Assembly (NCBI GenBank): GCA_963799485.1
Contig: CAWCXJ010000002.1
Location: forward strand, 23,955-87,954
Direction of reading: 5' to 3'
From: an uncultured Trueperaceae bacterium
GTDB lineage: Bacteria; Deinococcota; Deinococci; Deinococcales; Trueperaceae
Length of the DNA: 64,000 nt
Shown here: piece after piece, positions 38,248 to 48,416 of the stretch
Layout of the letters: every line of letters begins with the position of its first letter
Numbering within the stretch: position 1 is the stretch's first letter
Made by a program: the position numbers and the translations under genes
The notes under the pieces: model-generated
What the model saw: only the letters and a program-made list of their open reading frames with translations
The model's database searches: none
What the model was told of the DNA's origin: nothing

Positions 38248-39006
38248 ATGATTACCCCGGTGCGTGTGCTCTCGAGCGGTGGCCCGGTGCGGGTCGAACT
38301 CGCCCGCTGGCAGGGCAAGCTCGTCGTCGTCAAGCAGCTTCAGGCCGCCTCGTCGGTACTCGCCAACCGTTTGGGCCGTGAAGCCGCCGTCGTCACGCAT
38401 TTGGAGCACGAAAACATCGTGCCTTTGTTGGCTGTTCAAGATACCAGCCTGATTTACGCCTACTGTCCCGGCGTCAGCCTCAGCGAAGCGCTCGCTGCGG
38501 GGCCGCTCGGCACGGCGAACAGCTTGCGGTTTATCCGCGACGTGCTCGCGGCGCTCGCCTACGCGCACGCGCAAAACGTGATTCACCTAGACGTCAAACC
38601 CTCGAACATTTTAATCAACGGTGAAAAGGCGCTCCTGACCGACTTCGGTTTTGCCAAAGACTTGGCGCTCGCCTCGATTACGCAGCAGGGCGTGTCTTTG
38701 GGGACGCCCAACTATATGGCCCCCGAGCAGTTTACCGGTGAGCGCAGCGACCCCCGCAGCGACCTCTACGCGGTCGGCGCGGTTTTGTATCACATGCTGA
38801 CGGGTGCGCCGCCTTTTGAACGCGATATTTTCAGGTTTTTAACCGGCGACCGTACCGTAAAGCTCGCGCCTCTGCCCGAGGCGGCAGCGCCGCTCGCGGG
38901 GTTCTTGGGTAGGGCGCTAGCGTACGACCCCGAAAAGCGCTTTAACAGTGCCGCCGAGATGCGCGCGGCGCTCGCGCATATCTATCTGGACGATCTGTTT
39001 TTTTGA
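38248..39006 (+). CDS. Ser/Thr protein kinase
   Basis: VVKQL, HLDVKPSN, DFG, GTPNYMAPE, DLYAVG. Confidence 0.95.
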   Translation: MITPVRVLSSGGPVRVELARWQGKLVVVKQLQAASSVLANRLGREAAVVTHLEHENIVPLLAVQDTSLIYAYCPGVSLSEALAAGPLGTANSLRFIRDVLAALAYAHAQNVIHLDVKPSNILINGEKALLTDFGFAKDLALASITQQGVSLGTPNYMAPEQFTGERSDPRSDLYAVGAVLYHMLTGAPPFERDIFRFLTGDRTVKLAPLPEAAAPLAGFLGRALAYDPEKRFNSAAEMRAALAHIYLDDLFF

Positions 39007-39164
39007 TGTGCCTAGTTGGATGAAAATTCGACTGCATATGACGAAAGAAAATGGAGAAGGCAGCAGGAACAACAAGCAGCTTCAAGCGGTATTCTTTATT
39101 CTGTTTTATGCTGCTTTCAGCCCGCCGGGTTGCAAGCAGGTCATCATCTTGGCTTCTGTTTCAA

Positions 39165-40103
39165 ATGATTCTATCTTTTAGCGGCGACCCCTTTTTAGCG
39201 ACGCGCGCGGCGCGGCGGGCGCTCCGGTCGCGCGGTTTTCGCACGGAAGAAATCACCGAACTCGGTGAAGGGATGAACGCCCCGCAGGTCGCGCAGCTCG
39301 CCGCGCAGTCGGGGCTTTTCGGGCAGGTGGCGCTGCTCCTAGACTTCGACGCAGCCTTTCGGGGTCAGGGCGGCGTCAAACCACGAAACGAAACGCTCAA
39401 GGTGCTAGCAGCCGTTTCAAAGGACACACTGGTCGTCGTCCTCGACCTGAGCGCGACCCCGGCGCGGCAAAAAACCTATAACGCGCTCGGCACGCACGAA
39501 AACCTGCCGACACCGCGTTTTAGCGCCCTGACGCACTGGGTCAGGCAGGAGCTGTACGCCGCCGAACTCGAGGTCGAAAAAGACGTGCCCGACACCCTCG
39601 CCGACCTTTTTGGCGAAGACCTGCCGGGCATCGCTGCCGAAATCCAAAAGCTCGCGGTGTTAGACGAAACCTTGACGAGTACGCGCGTCCGCGAAATTGC
39701 CAACAGGCCGGCCGCGAGAGACGCCTTCAGCCTTATCGAAGCGGTTACGGACAGGGACGCAAGGCGCGCGCTGAGCGTGACGCGCAGTTTGGTCGCGCAG
39801 GGCGAAGCGCCGCCCCGCGTATTGGGCGCGCTGACCTGGCAGTACACCCTGGTGGCGCGCTGCGTGGGTTTACAAGCAGGTCGGGCTAGAGTTGACGCGG
39901 GCTTGGTCGCGCAAACCCTCAAGGTCAAACCGTTCGTCGCGCAAAAAGCCTTGACTATCGCTAAAAACCTCGACGAAGCGGGCTTAAGACGGGTGCTGAC
40001 GAGCCTCTTAAGCGCAGATGTTGCGATGAAAACGGGAAAAGACGAGGTGTGGGCGCTGGAGAGTTTGGCGCTCGAGCTGTCGAACCGTCTACCCCACAGT
40101 TAA
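39165..40103 (+). CDS. holA: DNA polymerase III delta subunit
   Basis: MILSFSGDPFL..., EIQKL, AFSLIEAV, ADVAMKTG; comEC-holA synteny. Confidence 0.85.
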   Translation: MILSFSGDPFLATRAARRALRSRGFRTEEITELGEGMNAPQVAQLAAQSGLFGQVALLLDFDAAFRGQGGVKPRNETLKVLAAVSKDTLVVVLDLSATPARQKTYNALGTHENLPTPRFSALTHWVRQELYAAELEVEKDVPDTLADLFGEDLPGIAAEIQKLAVLDETLTSTRVREIANRPAARDAFSLIEAVTDRDARRALSVTRSLVAQGEAPPRVLGALTWQYTLVARCVGLQAGRARVDAGLVAQTLKVKPFVAQKALTIAKNLDEAGLRRVLTSLLSADVAMKTGKDEVWALESLALELSNRLPHS

Positions 40104-40151
40104 ACATCAGTTTGCGCATCACGTACATCTGCATGTAGGCAGGTGGTGCAG

Positions 40152-40331
40152 ATGCAAACGACGGTCAACTTAAGCAACGACTTGGTTGGTGAAGCGCAGC
40201 ACGAGTAGCAAGGAGTATACCGGCTTCCCGCGGGCCTTAAGATGCTCATAGAGCGCGAGCGTGCTAGACGGTTGGCCCGCTTGGGCGGTAGTAAACCGCA
40301 ACTAAAAGAGGTTCGTCGTTGCCGCTCGTGA
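40152..40331 (+). pseudogene. Degenerate VapB-like (DUF2191-type) antitoxin
   Basis: MQTTVNLSNDLV.EAQ / EYTG / LIERERARRLARLGGS with internal stop and indels; no toxin follows. Confidence 0.6.
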
Positions 40332-40446
40332 ACTGACGCTGACTAAAAAATTTCAAAAGCTGAAAATCCTTCTGCTCGCGCCTTCACCGTAAACAGCAGG
40401 CCGACGTCTGGCAGCTCAGGCTATTTTATAGGTCATACTGAGGGGC

Positions 40447-41307
40447 GTGCGCCCACCCTACACCCGCGCCGTTTTCGGCCTGCTCGCTTTTTTGGTGGCA
40501 GTCCTCATTATGTGGGTCGGCTTGCCGCTACTCGCGCCCGCGTACCTCATCTTGATGCTCGCGTCACTCCGGGAATACTCACTCCTGATGAACCTGCGCG
40601 GCATCCCGATTCGCCGCCGCAGCCTCTACGTTGCAACCGTGCTGACGCTACCCGCGTCGCTACCGGTCACGTATCAGGGTATTTTCGACATGCAGCCCCT
40701 GTTTGCCGGGGTGAGCTGGCGTGAGGCGCTTTTGGGGCTTTTGGCGCTCTATCTGATCGGCTTGGAGGTCGTCAATCCGAACGACCGCTCAGTTGAAAGC
40801 GTCGTGTACAGTCTGTTCGGCTATCTCTACATCCCGTGGCTCTCGGGTTACGCCATCACGCTCCGCTACACACCCGACGGGGTTTTGGGGCTCTGGTATC
40901 TGGTCATTCCGATTCTGGCGATTATCGCCAGCGACGTAGGCGCGTATACGGTAGGCAAGCTGTTCGGCAGGCGTAAACTCGCGCCGCAAGTCAGCCCGAA
41001 CAAAACGCTCGAGGGCGCGTTCGGCGGGCTCGGCTTTGCGGTTTTAATCGTCTCGCTGACGACTTACGGGCTCGGCCAACTTTACGGCCTGCACGTCGAT
41101 ATTTACGACACGCTGCTATTCAGTGTGCTGGTCTCGAGCGCGGCGCAACTCGGCGATTTGTTCGAATCGCTCATAAAACGCTGGGCCGGTGTCAAAGATG
41201 CCGGGTTCTTTTTGCCCGGTCACGGCGGCGCACTAGACCGCATCGACGGGATGCTCTTCGCCGTGCCGGTCGCGTATTATTTTGTCACGCTGGTGATTTT
41301 GCGCTAA
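40447..41307 (+). CDS. cdsA: Phosphatidate cytidylyltransferase
   Basis: SDVGAY.VGKLFGRRKLAPQVSPNKTLEG...GDLFESLIKR..GVKD...PGHGGALDRID. Confidence 0.95.
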   Translation: MRPPYTRAVFGLLAFLVAVLIMWVGLPLLAPAYLILMLASLREYSLLMNLRGIPIRRRSLYVATVLTLPASLPVTYQGIFDMQPLFAGVSWREALLGLLALYLIGLEVVNPNDRSVESVVYSLFGYLYIPWLSGYAITLRYTPDGVLGLWYLVIPILAIIASDVGAYTVGKLFGRRKLAPQVSPNKTLEGAFGGLGFAVLIVSLTTYGLGQLYGLHVDIYDTLLFSVLVSSAAQLGDLFESLIKRWAGVKDAGFFLPGHGGALDRIDGMLFAVPVAYYFVTLVILR

Positions 41308-41328
41308 GGCTAACGTAAGTGGCTGTGC

Positions 41329-41997
41329 TCAGATAAGCGACTGCGCGTCTTGCATGAAGGTTACGGCGGCGGCGCTGGTTTCAGGGTTGCCGAGCAGCTC
41401 GGCAAAAAGTGCCGGGGGCAGCGTGAGACTGCCGACGCCGGACGCCAAAAGGCTTAAAACAGCCTCACGCGTCCTGACGCTGGCGACGAGCAGCCGCGTC
41501 GGGTGCGGCGCGTAGAGCTCGAGCAGCGTCTGCATCTGCCCGATAACCGCGAGCCCGTCGTGTCCGGCGTCTTGCAACCGGCCCAGATAGGGGGCGGCGT
41601 AGCTTGCCCCGACCTGCGCGGAAAAAAGGGCTTGTTCGGGACGATACACGGCGGTCGTGGTGACGCCGAAACCGTCTTTAGTCAGCCGGGCGGCGGCGTC
41701 AAAGCCTTCGCGGGTGGCGGGAAGTTTGACAAAGATGCGCCGGGTGTCGCCGAGCCCGGCGAGTTCACGTCCCGAACGAGTCAGCGTGTCGGCGCTCTCG
41801 CCCACGGCCTGGAGCTGGAGTGCCCGCACGCCGAGGTCGAAAATCCGGTCTACCAACTCCGGCAGGTCGCGCCACTTTACCCCGGCCCGTTTGAGTAGCG
41901 TCGGATTGGTCGTTACGCCGTAAACGAGCGGGTTGGGTAAAACCTGTTTTAAGGCCGCCAGATCGGCGCTGTCCAGGTAAAGATGCAGCGCGTCCAT
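41329..41997 (-). CDS. Transaldolase/fructose-6-phosphate aldolase family protein
   Basis: YLDSAD, GVTTNPT, FVKLP, YAAPYLGR, LVASVR. Confidence 0.9.
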   Translation of the reverse strand: MDALHLYLDSADLAALKQVLPNPLVYGVTTNPTLLKRAGVKWRDLPELVDRIFDLGVRALQLQAVGESADTLTRSGRELAGLGDTRRIFVKLPATREGFDAAARLTKDGFGVTTTAVYRPEQALFSAQVGASYAAPYLGRLQDAGHDGLAVIGQMQTLLELYAPHPTRLLVASVRTREAVLSLLASGVGSLTLPPALFAELLGNPETSAAAVTFMQDAQSLI

Positions 41998-42186
41998 CTA
42001 CGGTCTGCTTGGCAAAGTTGCGGTCGGTTCGGACTTGGGTACGCTCATGGACACGCTCCTCGAGGAATTCGTTTGTTAGCCGCCTTCTAGCTCACTTTAT
42101 ATCCAAATCGCCTTGCACCGCTGAGGCGGGAGACTTTGGGGCCATTACAGAAGCAGTGCTGAAGTCGGGTTTATCGCCGCCTCGAG

Positions 42187-42951
42187 TCAGGGTGCTTCGC
42201 GGTAGTGATAGTGGTAAAGCGTGCTGAACCCAAGCCGTTCGTACACTGCCTGCGCGCCGGTATTGTTTTCCGCGACCTGCAGGTACGCCGACGCCAGCCC
42301 CCGCGCCCGACCCCACGCCAGCAGCGCCGCCACGACCGCGCGCCCCAACCCGCGCCGCCGCGCCGACGGGTGCGTCGCGATATTAAAAAGTCCGAGCAGG
42401 CCGCCGTGCGCGACCCCGACGCCCGTAGCTGCCGGGCGACCCCCCAAGTGAGCGAGCGCGAACACGGTCTCTCCCGGAAGCTTGCCGAGCATCTCCTTAA
42501 ACGCTTTGGCCTGAATCCCGGCAAGTTGTTCGGTTTCGCAGTAGAGCTCGAGCAAAGCCTCGGCAGGTTTTTTAGACAAGACTACTTTTACGGGGGACGG
42601 TGGCAAGCCCGCGCCAAGCGGTAACGACCTGACCTGAACGCACACGGCCTCAGGCACGCGCACATAACCCCGCGCCGCCAAAAGCGCGTCCAGACCTTCC
42701 GGTTGCGACGCCGGCGAGAGCTGAAAGCGCGCCTTCAGGCCGTAAAACGCGTAAAACGCCTCGGCGCGTGCGATTTTGGCCCCTATTTCTAAACTGCCGT
42801 CGTCAGAGTTTGCCAAAACCGAATTGGGGCGGCGTTTGACCCCGTGGTTAAAACGCAAGCGCCAGCCGCCCAAAACCTCGGCGACAGCAGCAGGAACGGC
42901 GTCGGCAGCGACGTTTTCGATTTTACGGATGGGCTCGAGATTCGTTGACAC
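42187..42951 (-). CDS. GNAT acetyltransferase
   Basis: ATHPSARRRGLG...AYLQV...N..A..VYERLGF. Confidence 0.9.
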   Translation of the reverse strand: MSTNLEPIRKIENVAADAVPAAVAEVLGGWRLRFNHGVKRRPNSVLANSDDGSLEIGAKIARAEAFYAFYGLKARFQLSPASQPEGLDALLAARGYVRVPEAVCVQVRSLPLGAGLPPSPVKVVLSKKPAEALLELYCETEQLAGIQAKAFKEMLGKLPGETVFALAHLGGRPAATGVGVAHGGLLGLFNIATHPSARRRGLGRAVVAALLAWGRARGLASAYLQVAENNTGAQAVYERLGFSTLYHYHYREAP

Positions 42952-42980
42952 GCACTATCTTAAAACGAACGGCAACCCGT

Positions 42981-43006
42981 AAAAAAGCCGCCCCGAACGA
43001 GGCGGC
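42981..43006 (-). terminator. Intrinsic terminator of SRPBCC gene
   Basis: gccgcc...ggcggc with T6 on minus strand. Confidence 0.65.
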
Positions 43007-43040
43007 CCTGAAGGTGTTCAGCTAAATGTGCAGCCGGGGG

Positions 43041-43721
43041 TTAGAGGCTGAGCGACAGGGTGCCGCCTTCGACGGACTGCTTAAAGGTTTGCAGGTCGTC
43101 TTTAATCTGCTGCGCGGGCTCCTCACCGAAAAGCTTGGCGACGGCTGCGCCGACCGGCCCGAGTGGGGGGTGGTACGTCAGCGAGACGATAATTTCGGTG
43201 CTGGTATCGCTGCGTTTGCTAAACCGCACGGTGCCTTCGTTCGGGACTTGCGCGTCCGGGAGAGACCGCCACGAGATCGTCTCGTTTTCGCGCTCGTCGG
43301 TGATCACGGCGTCCCATTCGGGGCTTGTGCCGAACGGCCCTTCGGCTTTCCAGTGCGAACGGCTGCCCATTTCCGTAACCGACTCGAGGTGACTCATGAT
43401 GTTCGGGAGGTTCTCGAGCTTGCGCCAGTAACGGTAGAGCTCGCTGTCGGATTTTTCGACGACGATGCTCTCCCGAACTTGAATGCCCGCGCCCTGCTTG
43501 CGGTAGGGCGCGTACCGGTCGTTGCCGTACTGCTTGGCGTACTGCGGCGCGCCGTCGTCTTGGTTGACGCCGCGAAAAATCAGGTACGCCCCGGCTGCGA
43601 CGAGCAGGCCGCCGATCGCAACGTAACCCCAGTTGGTATCGTCGCCGGAGTCGTCGCTGGAGCGGGCACGGTAGCTCGAGCTTGGGCCGTAGGTTTGGTT
43701 GTACTTTTGCGTGTAACTCAT
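43041..43721 (-). CDS. SRPBCC/cyclase family protein
   Basis: YRYWRKLENLPNIMSHLESV...SHW...WDAVIT...ISWRS; GGAGG RBS before ATG 43721. Confidence 0.9.
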   Translation of the reverse strand: MSYTQKYNQTYGPSSSYRARSSDDSGDDTNWGYVAIGGLLVAAGAYLIFRGVNQDDGAPQYAKQYGNDRYAPYRKQGAGIQVRESIVVEKSDSELYRYWRKLENLPNIMSHLESVTEMGSRSHWKAEGPFGTSPEWDAVITDERENETISWRSLPDAQVPNEGTVRFSKRSDTSTEIIVSLTYHPPLGPVGAAVAKLFGEEPAQQIKDDLQTFKQSVEGGTLSLSL

Positions 43722-44263
43722 ATGTTTCCTCCAATGACAACTGCTACGTAAACTTCTGCTGTTCGCGCCGGTACTGCGGCCTCTGAATCTCAGGACCGTA
43801 ACAATGTATCGTAGGCGCTTCGCCAAAACAGTTTTTCGGGTCAAGTCACAGTTTGGGGGGGTGTCGTCACAATTTTAGCGTGGCCGAAGGTTACCGAAAC
43901 AAGTCTGAATACCACGTGCAACTTTCCCCAACGTGTCGTGTAGCCCGGTTGTCAATCATTCCTGCCAGATTTTCCGGGCAAGTTTTCGCCTGAAATCAAG
44001 CTACCGGCTGAGACCACGCTTAAAGACCATCGCTAAAGCTTCAGGTAGCGGCTGACCCGACAACCCGTTCGACCTGCGGCGTCAGCCGCACAATCAGCTC
44101 AGCTCTAGCGAATTCGCCGAGTTCACTGTACGAGCTCACTGTACATGAGCGCGAAAATACGTTCTGCACGATTCTCGCGCCGGGCGTGGAGGACGCCCTG
44201 AAACCGCGCCTAGACCTCTTCAGTGCCTTCCGGGACGTTCTGCCGTTTGCTTGCCTACGCGCG

Positions 44264-44308
44264 CCGAGCTGTGTCTCCCCGAACTGTGTTTCCCCGCACT
44301 GTGTCTCG
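44264..44308. repeat. Three imperfect 15-bp tandem repeats (ccgNNctgtgtYtcN)
   Basis: ccgagctgtgtctcc/ccgaactgtgtttcc/ccgcactgtgtctcg. Confidence 0.7.
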
Positions 44309-44478
44309 GATACCGGGCTGTTCCGGGCTGAGGTTTCGTACCGACGTGGTTCTCGCAGACGTGGCCTGTGCGGGGAGCTGCACAGCCGTGTGCATAGCCG
44401 CACCCGGTTCGGCTTCGCCGACTACGCACAACATCTGCTCTTGCCAGACAATCTAGGTCAAGCGGCCCGCCCTCATTA

Positions 44479-45350
44479 GACCTCCTGCGAAAGTCAGGTT
44501 TGGAGCTGAGCGTTGATGAGCCCGGCGATGAGGCGAAAACGTAAGGAGAAGCGCTTGCGGCGGTTGCGGTAGGGGTCTTTGAGGATGTGCCAGATTTTCA
44601 GTGAGCGGATAGTGTGTTCGACGGTGACGCGGAAGCGGGCGAGCGAGCGGTTGTGGGCTTTGTCTTCAGGTTTAGGTTCAGCTCCGCGCGGTTTGCGGAT
44701 AGGTAGACAGCGCTGCCGATGGTCTTTGGCATAACCTTGATAACCGCCGTCGGCGACGACCCAGACGTGGGCTTGCAGCTTGGGGTCAGCCGTTCTCAGG
44801 AGGGTGAGGTCGTTCGTTGACCCCGGGGCGTGGGCGGTGGCGAGAAGCTTGTGGCTTCTCGCGTCGAGGACGACCTGACTTTTCAAGGTATGGCACTTTT
44901 TCTTGCCGCTGTAGTAGCGCCGCTGGTTTTTTTGGGGCGTTCGGTGCGCGTCTCGGTGGCGTCGACCAAGACCACCACCCAGTCATGCTCGGCGACTTCA
45001 CGGCGTTGGGGCAAGCTGAACTGACCCGAGCTGACCAGCGCGTCTTCAGTCTGCCTGATGATGCGACAGGCGGTTGCTTCATGTACCCCGTAACTCGCCG
45101 CAATATGAAACTGCGTCCGGTACTCTCGCCAATACATCAGCGTCAACAACACCTTGTCTTCAAGAGAAAGCTTGCCCGGGCGGCCTGACTTCTTGTGCCT
45201 CTGCGCTTCTCGAAGCACCCCGATCATCTCCCCGAACACCACCGGTTTGACACCCGTCAGCCGTTTGAACGCTTTTGGACTTAAGTCTTTCACTGCTTCG
45301 TAACGCATCTGACCACCTTGCAACAGCTCGCCTTACTTCTGCAAGAGGTC
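44479..45350 (-). mobile_element. IS5-family element (two ORFs joined by A-run frameshift)
   Basis: IRs gacctcctgcgaaagt / acttctgcaagaggtc, TA on both sides; ORFs 44883..45323 and 44494..44886. Confidence 0.9.
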
Positions 45351-46145
45351 TACTAGCAAACCGAGCGCATAGACTTATCAAATTGAGTGAAGAGGACGAT
45401 AGCAGGCTTAGAGCGATAGAGCAGAACCCTCACATGAATGCCAACGTACGTCTGCGCGCCCAGGTTCTGAGATTATCGAATAAGGCGATGGCGATAGAAA
45501 GTATCTCAGGCCATGTCGCCAGGAACTACGAAACCATCAGAAGAACGCTTGAACGCTGGGAACAAGAAGGCTACGCAGGTTTAGCCGACCATGACGAGGC
45601 ACCTGGACAAAAACCGGTTATTACCGACGACATCGAAAGCTTCCTAGCAGCGAAGCTGAAAGAAAGAACCTGGACATGTGAGCAACTCTCAGACGCGATA
45701 GTTCAGACCCACCAGGTAAAAGTCGGGCCTGAAGGTATTCGCAAACGCCTCAAAAAGATGGGCTACCGCTGGAAAAAAGGCCGCTTCGTACCTGCCAAAC
45801 GACCTGCCGAGGATGACCTCAAGCAGCATAAAGCAGCGTTGGAAACGCTAAAAAGGGGGCATTGGAGCAAAGGCTGAAGCTGCTTTATCTGGATCAGGTA
45901 GGCTTCAGCCTTGCGGCTCAAGCCCATCAAGACCTGGACACCTAAAGGCTCTGGCAGCCAGTTTGAGATTCCTTCGCGTCAGGGTTCGGTCGGTCGCTTA
46001 AACCTGATAGGGGCTCTGGACTTCGCTTCGAACAAACTTTTCTACCGGGACTTAGCAGGGAGTTGCGACGCGCTAAAGTGTGAGGCTTTCCTTGACAGAC
46101 TTGCTAAACAAGCCGACCCCGGAGGTTTAACGGTCGTGGTGCTTG

Positions 46146-46172
46146 GTCCGAGCGCAGCGAGAACACAACGTA
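46146..46172 (+). mobile_element. 27-nt in-frame micro-insertion type B
   Basis: Removing GTCCGAGCGCAGCGAGAACACAACGTA restores GTG CTT GAT AAT GCT (VLDNA). Confidence 0.8.
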
Positions 46173-46395
46173 ATAATGCTCGCTTTCATAAAGCCAAAAA
46201 TATCAGGGCCAAAGCGCCTGTTTGGCGAGAGAAGGGCTTGTTCCTTCGTTACCTGCCCCCTTACTCCCCACAGCTAAACCCCATTGAAACACTTTGGCGC
46301 GTCCTCAAAGGCTTTCTGCTTCCCAGACTTTTGTATGCTTCGCTCAAACACCTCAAAGACGCCGTCTTCGCCGCCCTTACCCTCTTAAATGCTGT

Positions 46396-47372
46396 GGCTC
46401 ATGTTCAGAGAAAGTGAATAAGCGGTTAAGATGAAGGCATGGACTTTCCGATAGATGAGCTGATGGATAGAGCAGCCTGCTTAGCGTGGTTAGCGAGGTA
46501 CTTTCATCCCGAAGGCGTGAGCTGTCCCCATTGCGAGGCACCCATTGAGGAAGCGGGCATCTTCCGCCGAACAAAGTCGAGTGAGTTAGAAGTCTACCGC
46601 TGTAAAGGGTGTCAAGGTATCTATAACTTGTACAGCGGGACAGTGTTCGAAGCACGTCACTTCCGCCCTGAACAGGTGGTGCTGTTTATCCGAGGGGTGG
46701 GTCAAGGGAAAGCGACGGCTCAGCTAGCAAGAGAGCTGCGTATGAGCCGCACCACCGCTACTGAGGTACGCCATTTGCTACAAGCAAATGCAGAGCGAGC
46801 ACAACCCCAAAGCAAGCTTGACGACGATGAAGCAGAAACCGACGAGATGTTTCAAAACGCGGGGGAAAAAAAGCGAACACCACCCCGACCCGGCAGACCC
46901 ACCGCGCAGACGGGCTAACAAGCGCCGTGGACGAGGCACCTACGCTAATGACCGTCCGCCTATCTGCGCTGTCATGGGACGCGCCTCGAAACAAGTCCGC
47001 ATCCGGGTCATGAAAAACACCCAAGGCAAAACGCTCTGTCCCTTTGTCGAAGCCTACACCCGCGAAGACGCCACGGTTTACACCGATGAGTACGACAGTT
47101 ACAACAGACTCGAACGGGTGCGCTTAACGGTTTGTCACAGCAAGCACGAATGGGCGCGTGATGAAAACGGTGATGGCATTCGTGAAGTTCATGTCAACGG
47201 CAATGAAGGGGGCTGGACGGGCTTGCGTAACTTCCTAAGACCTTTTCGAGGCGCTCATAAAAAGTACCTCTCAGGCTATGTCGCTATTCACGAAGCGGCT
47301 GTCAACTACAAGCGAGTTACCCCAGCTTTCGTCTCGGCTATGGTCGGCTCTCACTTATGTTGAACATGAGCC
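46396..47372 (+). mobile_element. IS1595-family element
   Basis: IRs ggctcatgttca.../...tgaacatgagcc; 8-bp TSD AATGCTGT; CPHC/CKGC zinc finger; GGGGGAAAAAAAG frameshift. Confidence 0.9.
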
Positions 47373-47434
47373 AATGCTGTTATCCTATAAGTTCAACTTG
47401 GATATACTTGAGGGGTGTGCAAGCTCACCTACTA

Positions 47435-48317
47435 ACCTCGGGTGCTAGTCGAACAGAAACAGGATGAGGTTGTGAGCCGCGACTTTGCGGCAGACACTGG
47501 CACGAATGCTCCAAAAAGAGTTGAGCTGTTGCAAGGCAATATTGCGACATCTTGCGAGTGAGGAGAAAACAGCCTCGACAGACTTTCTGGCACGAGCGAA
47601 GAAGTCACACCAGCAGCCGGGTTCTTTGGCGTTTTGCTTGGGTGGGGTGTAGATGCCTAAACCCTGATAGCCTTTGTCGCCGATGCTGCTGTTTAGGTCA
47701 TCGCCAGAAGCGTCCAAGCGACACTTGCCCACGGTGACATCACTTTCATTGGCTGGCACGATGGCAAAACGACAGCTAGCACCCTGACCCGTGCAAACGG
47801 CGTGAAGTTTAAAGCCGTAGAAGCGTTTGGTTGCCCCACCGCGTCCAGAGGTAGCTTCGGTCATCCTTCTTGGTCTTGGGTAGCGAACACCCTTGCAGAT
47901 AGGCAGCGGCTTGGAGTCGACCAGCTACACCCCATCATGCTGAGCAATCAGCATAGCTAAGTCCGCATAGATGCGTTCGAAGTTACGGCTCACTCGGTAA
48001 AAACGTGTGATATGAGGCAGGTCGGGGAACAAAGCGCCGTATTCACGCTGCACCAGCAAGTACCACAAGCCTTGATTTTTCTGCTGAAGTATCTCGCCGA
48101 CCAGAACAATGGTGAGCAACTCGGCGTAGCTGGATTTTTGTTGGCGCTTTTTAGGCAACTTGAAGCGTCCTAAGCGTTCTGAGGCTTGTAGATAGTCGTC
48201 TATCAGGACATATACGATTGTGAAAAGGTCTGTTACATTATGCTTTGAGAGAAGATCAACGGCTCGCATGACCTATCTTCTCTCATCTTTTACCCCTTTT
48301 CTACTAGCACTCGAGGT
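47435..48317 (-). mobile_element. IS982-family element, copy 1 (internal TAG)
   Basis: IR acctcg(a/g)gtgctagt; VDSKPLPIC, FYGFKLH, IGDKGY. Confidence 0.9.
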
Positions 48318-48416
48318 TATTAAATGTAATTGTCTTGTCGGAGGCTTTTGGGGGTGAAGTCGCTTCACGCGACGGCGATGTCTCGCTTTCGGGTAGTAAT
48401 GAACCGAGAACTGCCA

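Larger units (their letters stand above)
45353..47409 (+). mobile_element. IS630-family element: left end lost, interrupted by IS1595, 27-nt insert in catalytic Asp codon
   Basis: ORFs joined at AAAAGGGGG; LYLDQ, YLPPYSPQLNPIE; C-terminus resumes after 47380. Confidence 0.85.

Noticed and set aside
38738..38752. GAGCGCAGCGA core in the kinase gene
   Set aside because: It encodes the normal-length ERSDPRSDLY region; no extra residues, so not an insert.
39051..39164. Extended N-terminus of holA in the ORF track
   Set aside because: HolA-like sequence begins at ATG 39165.
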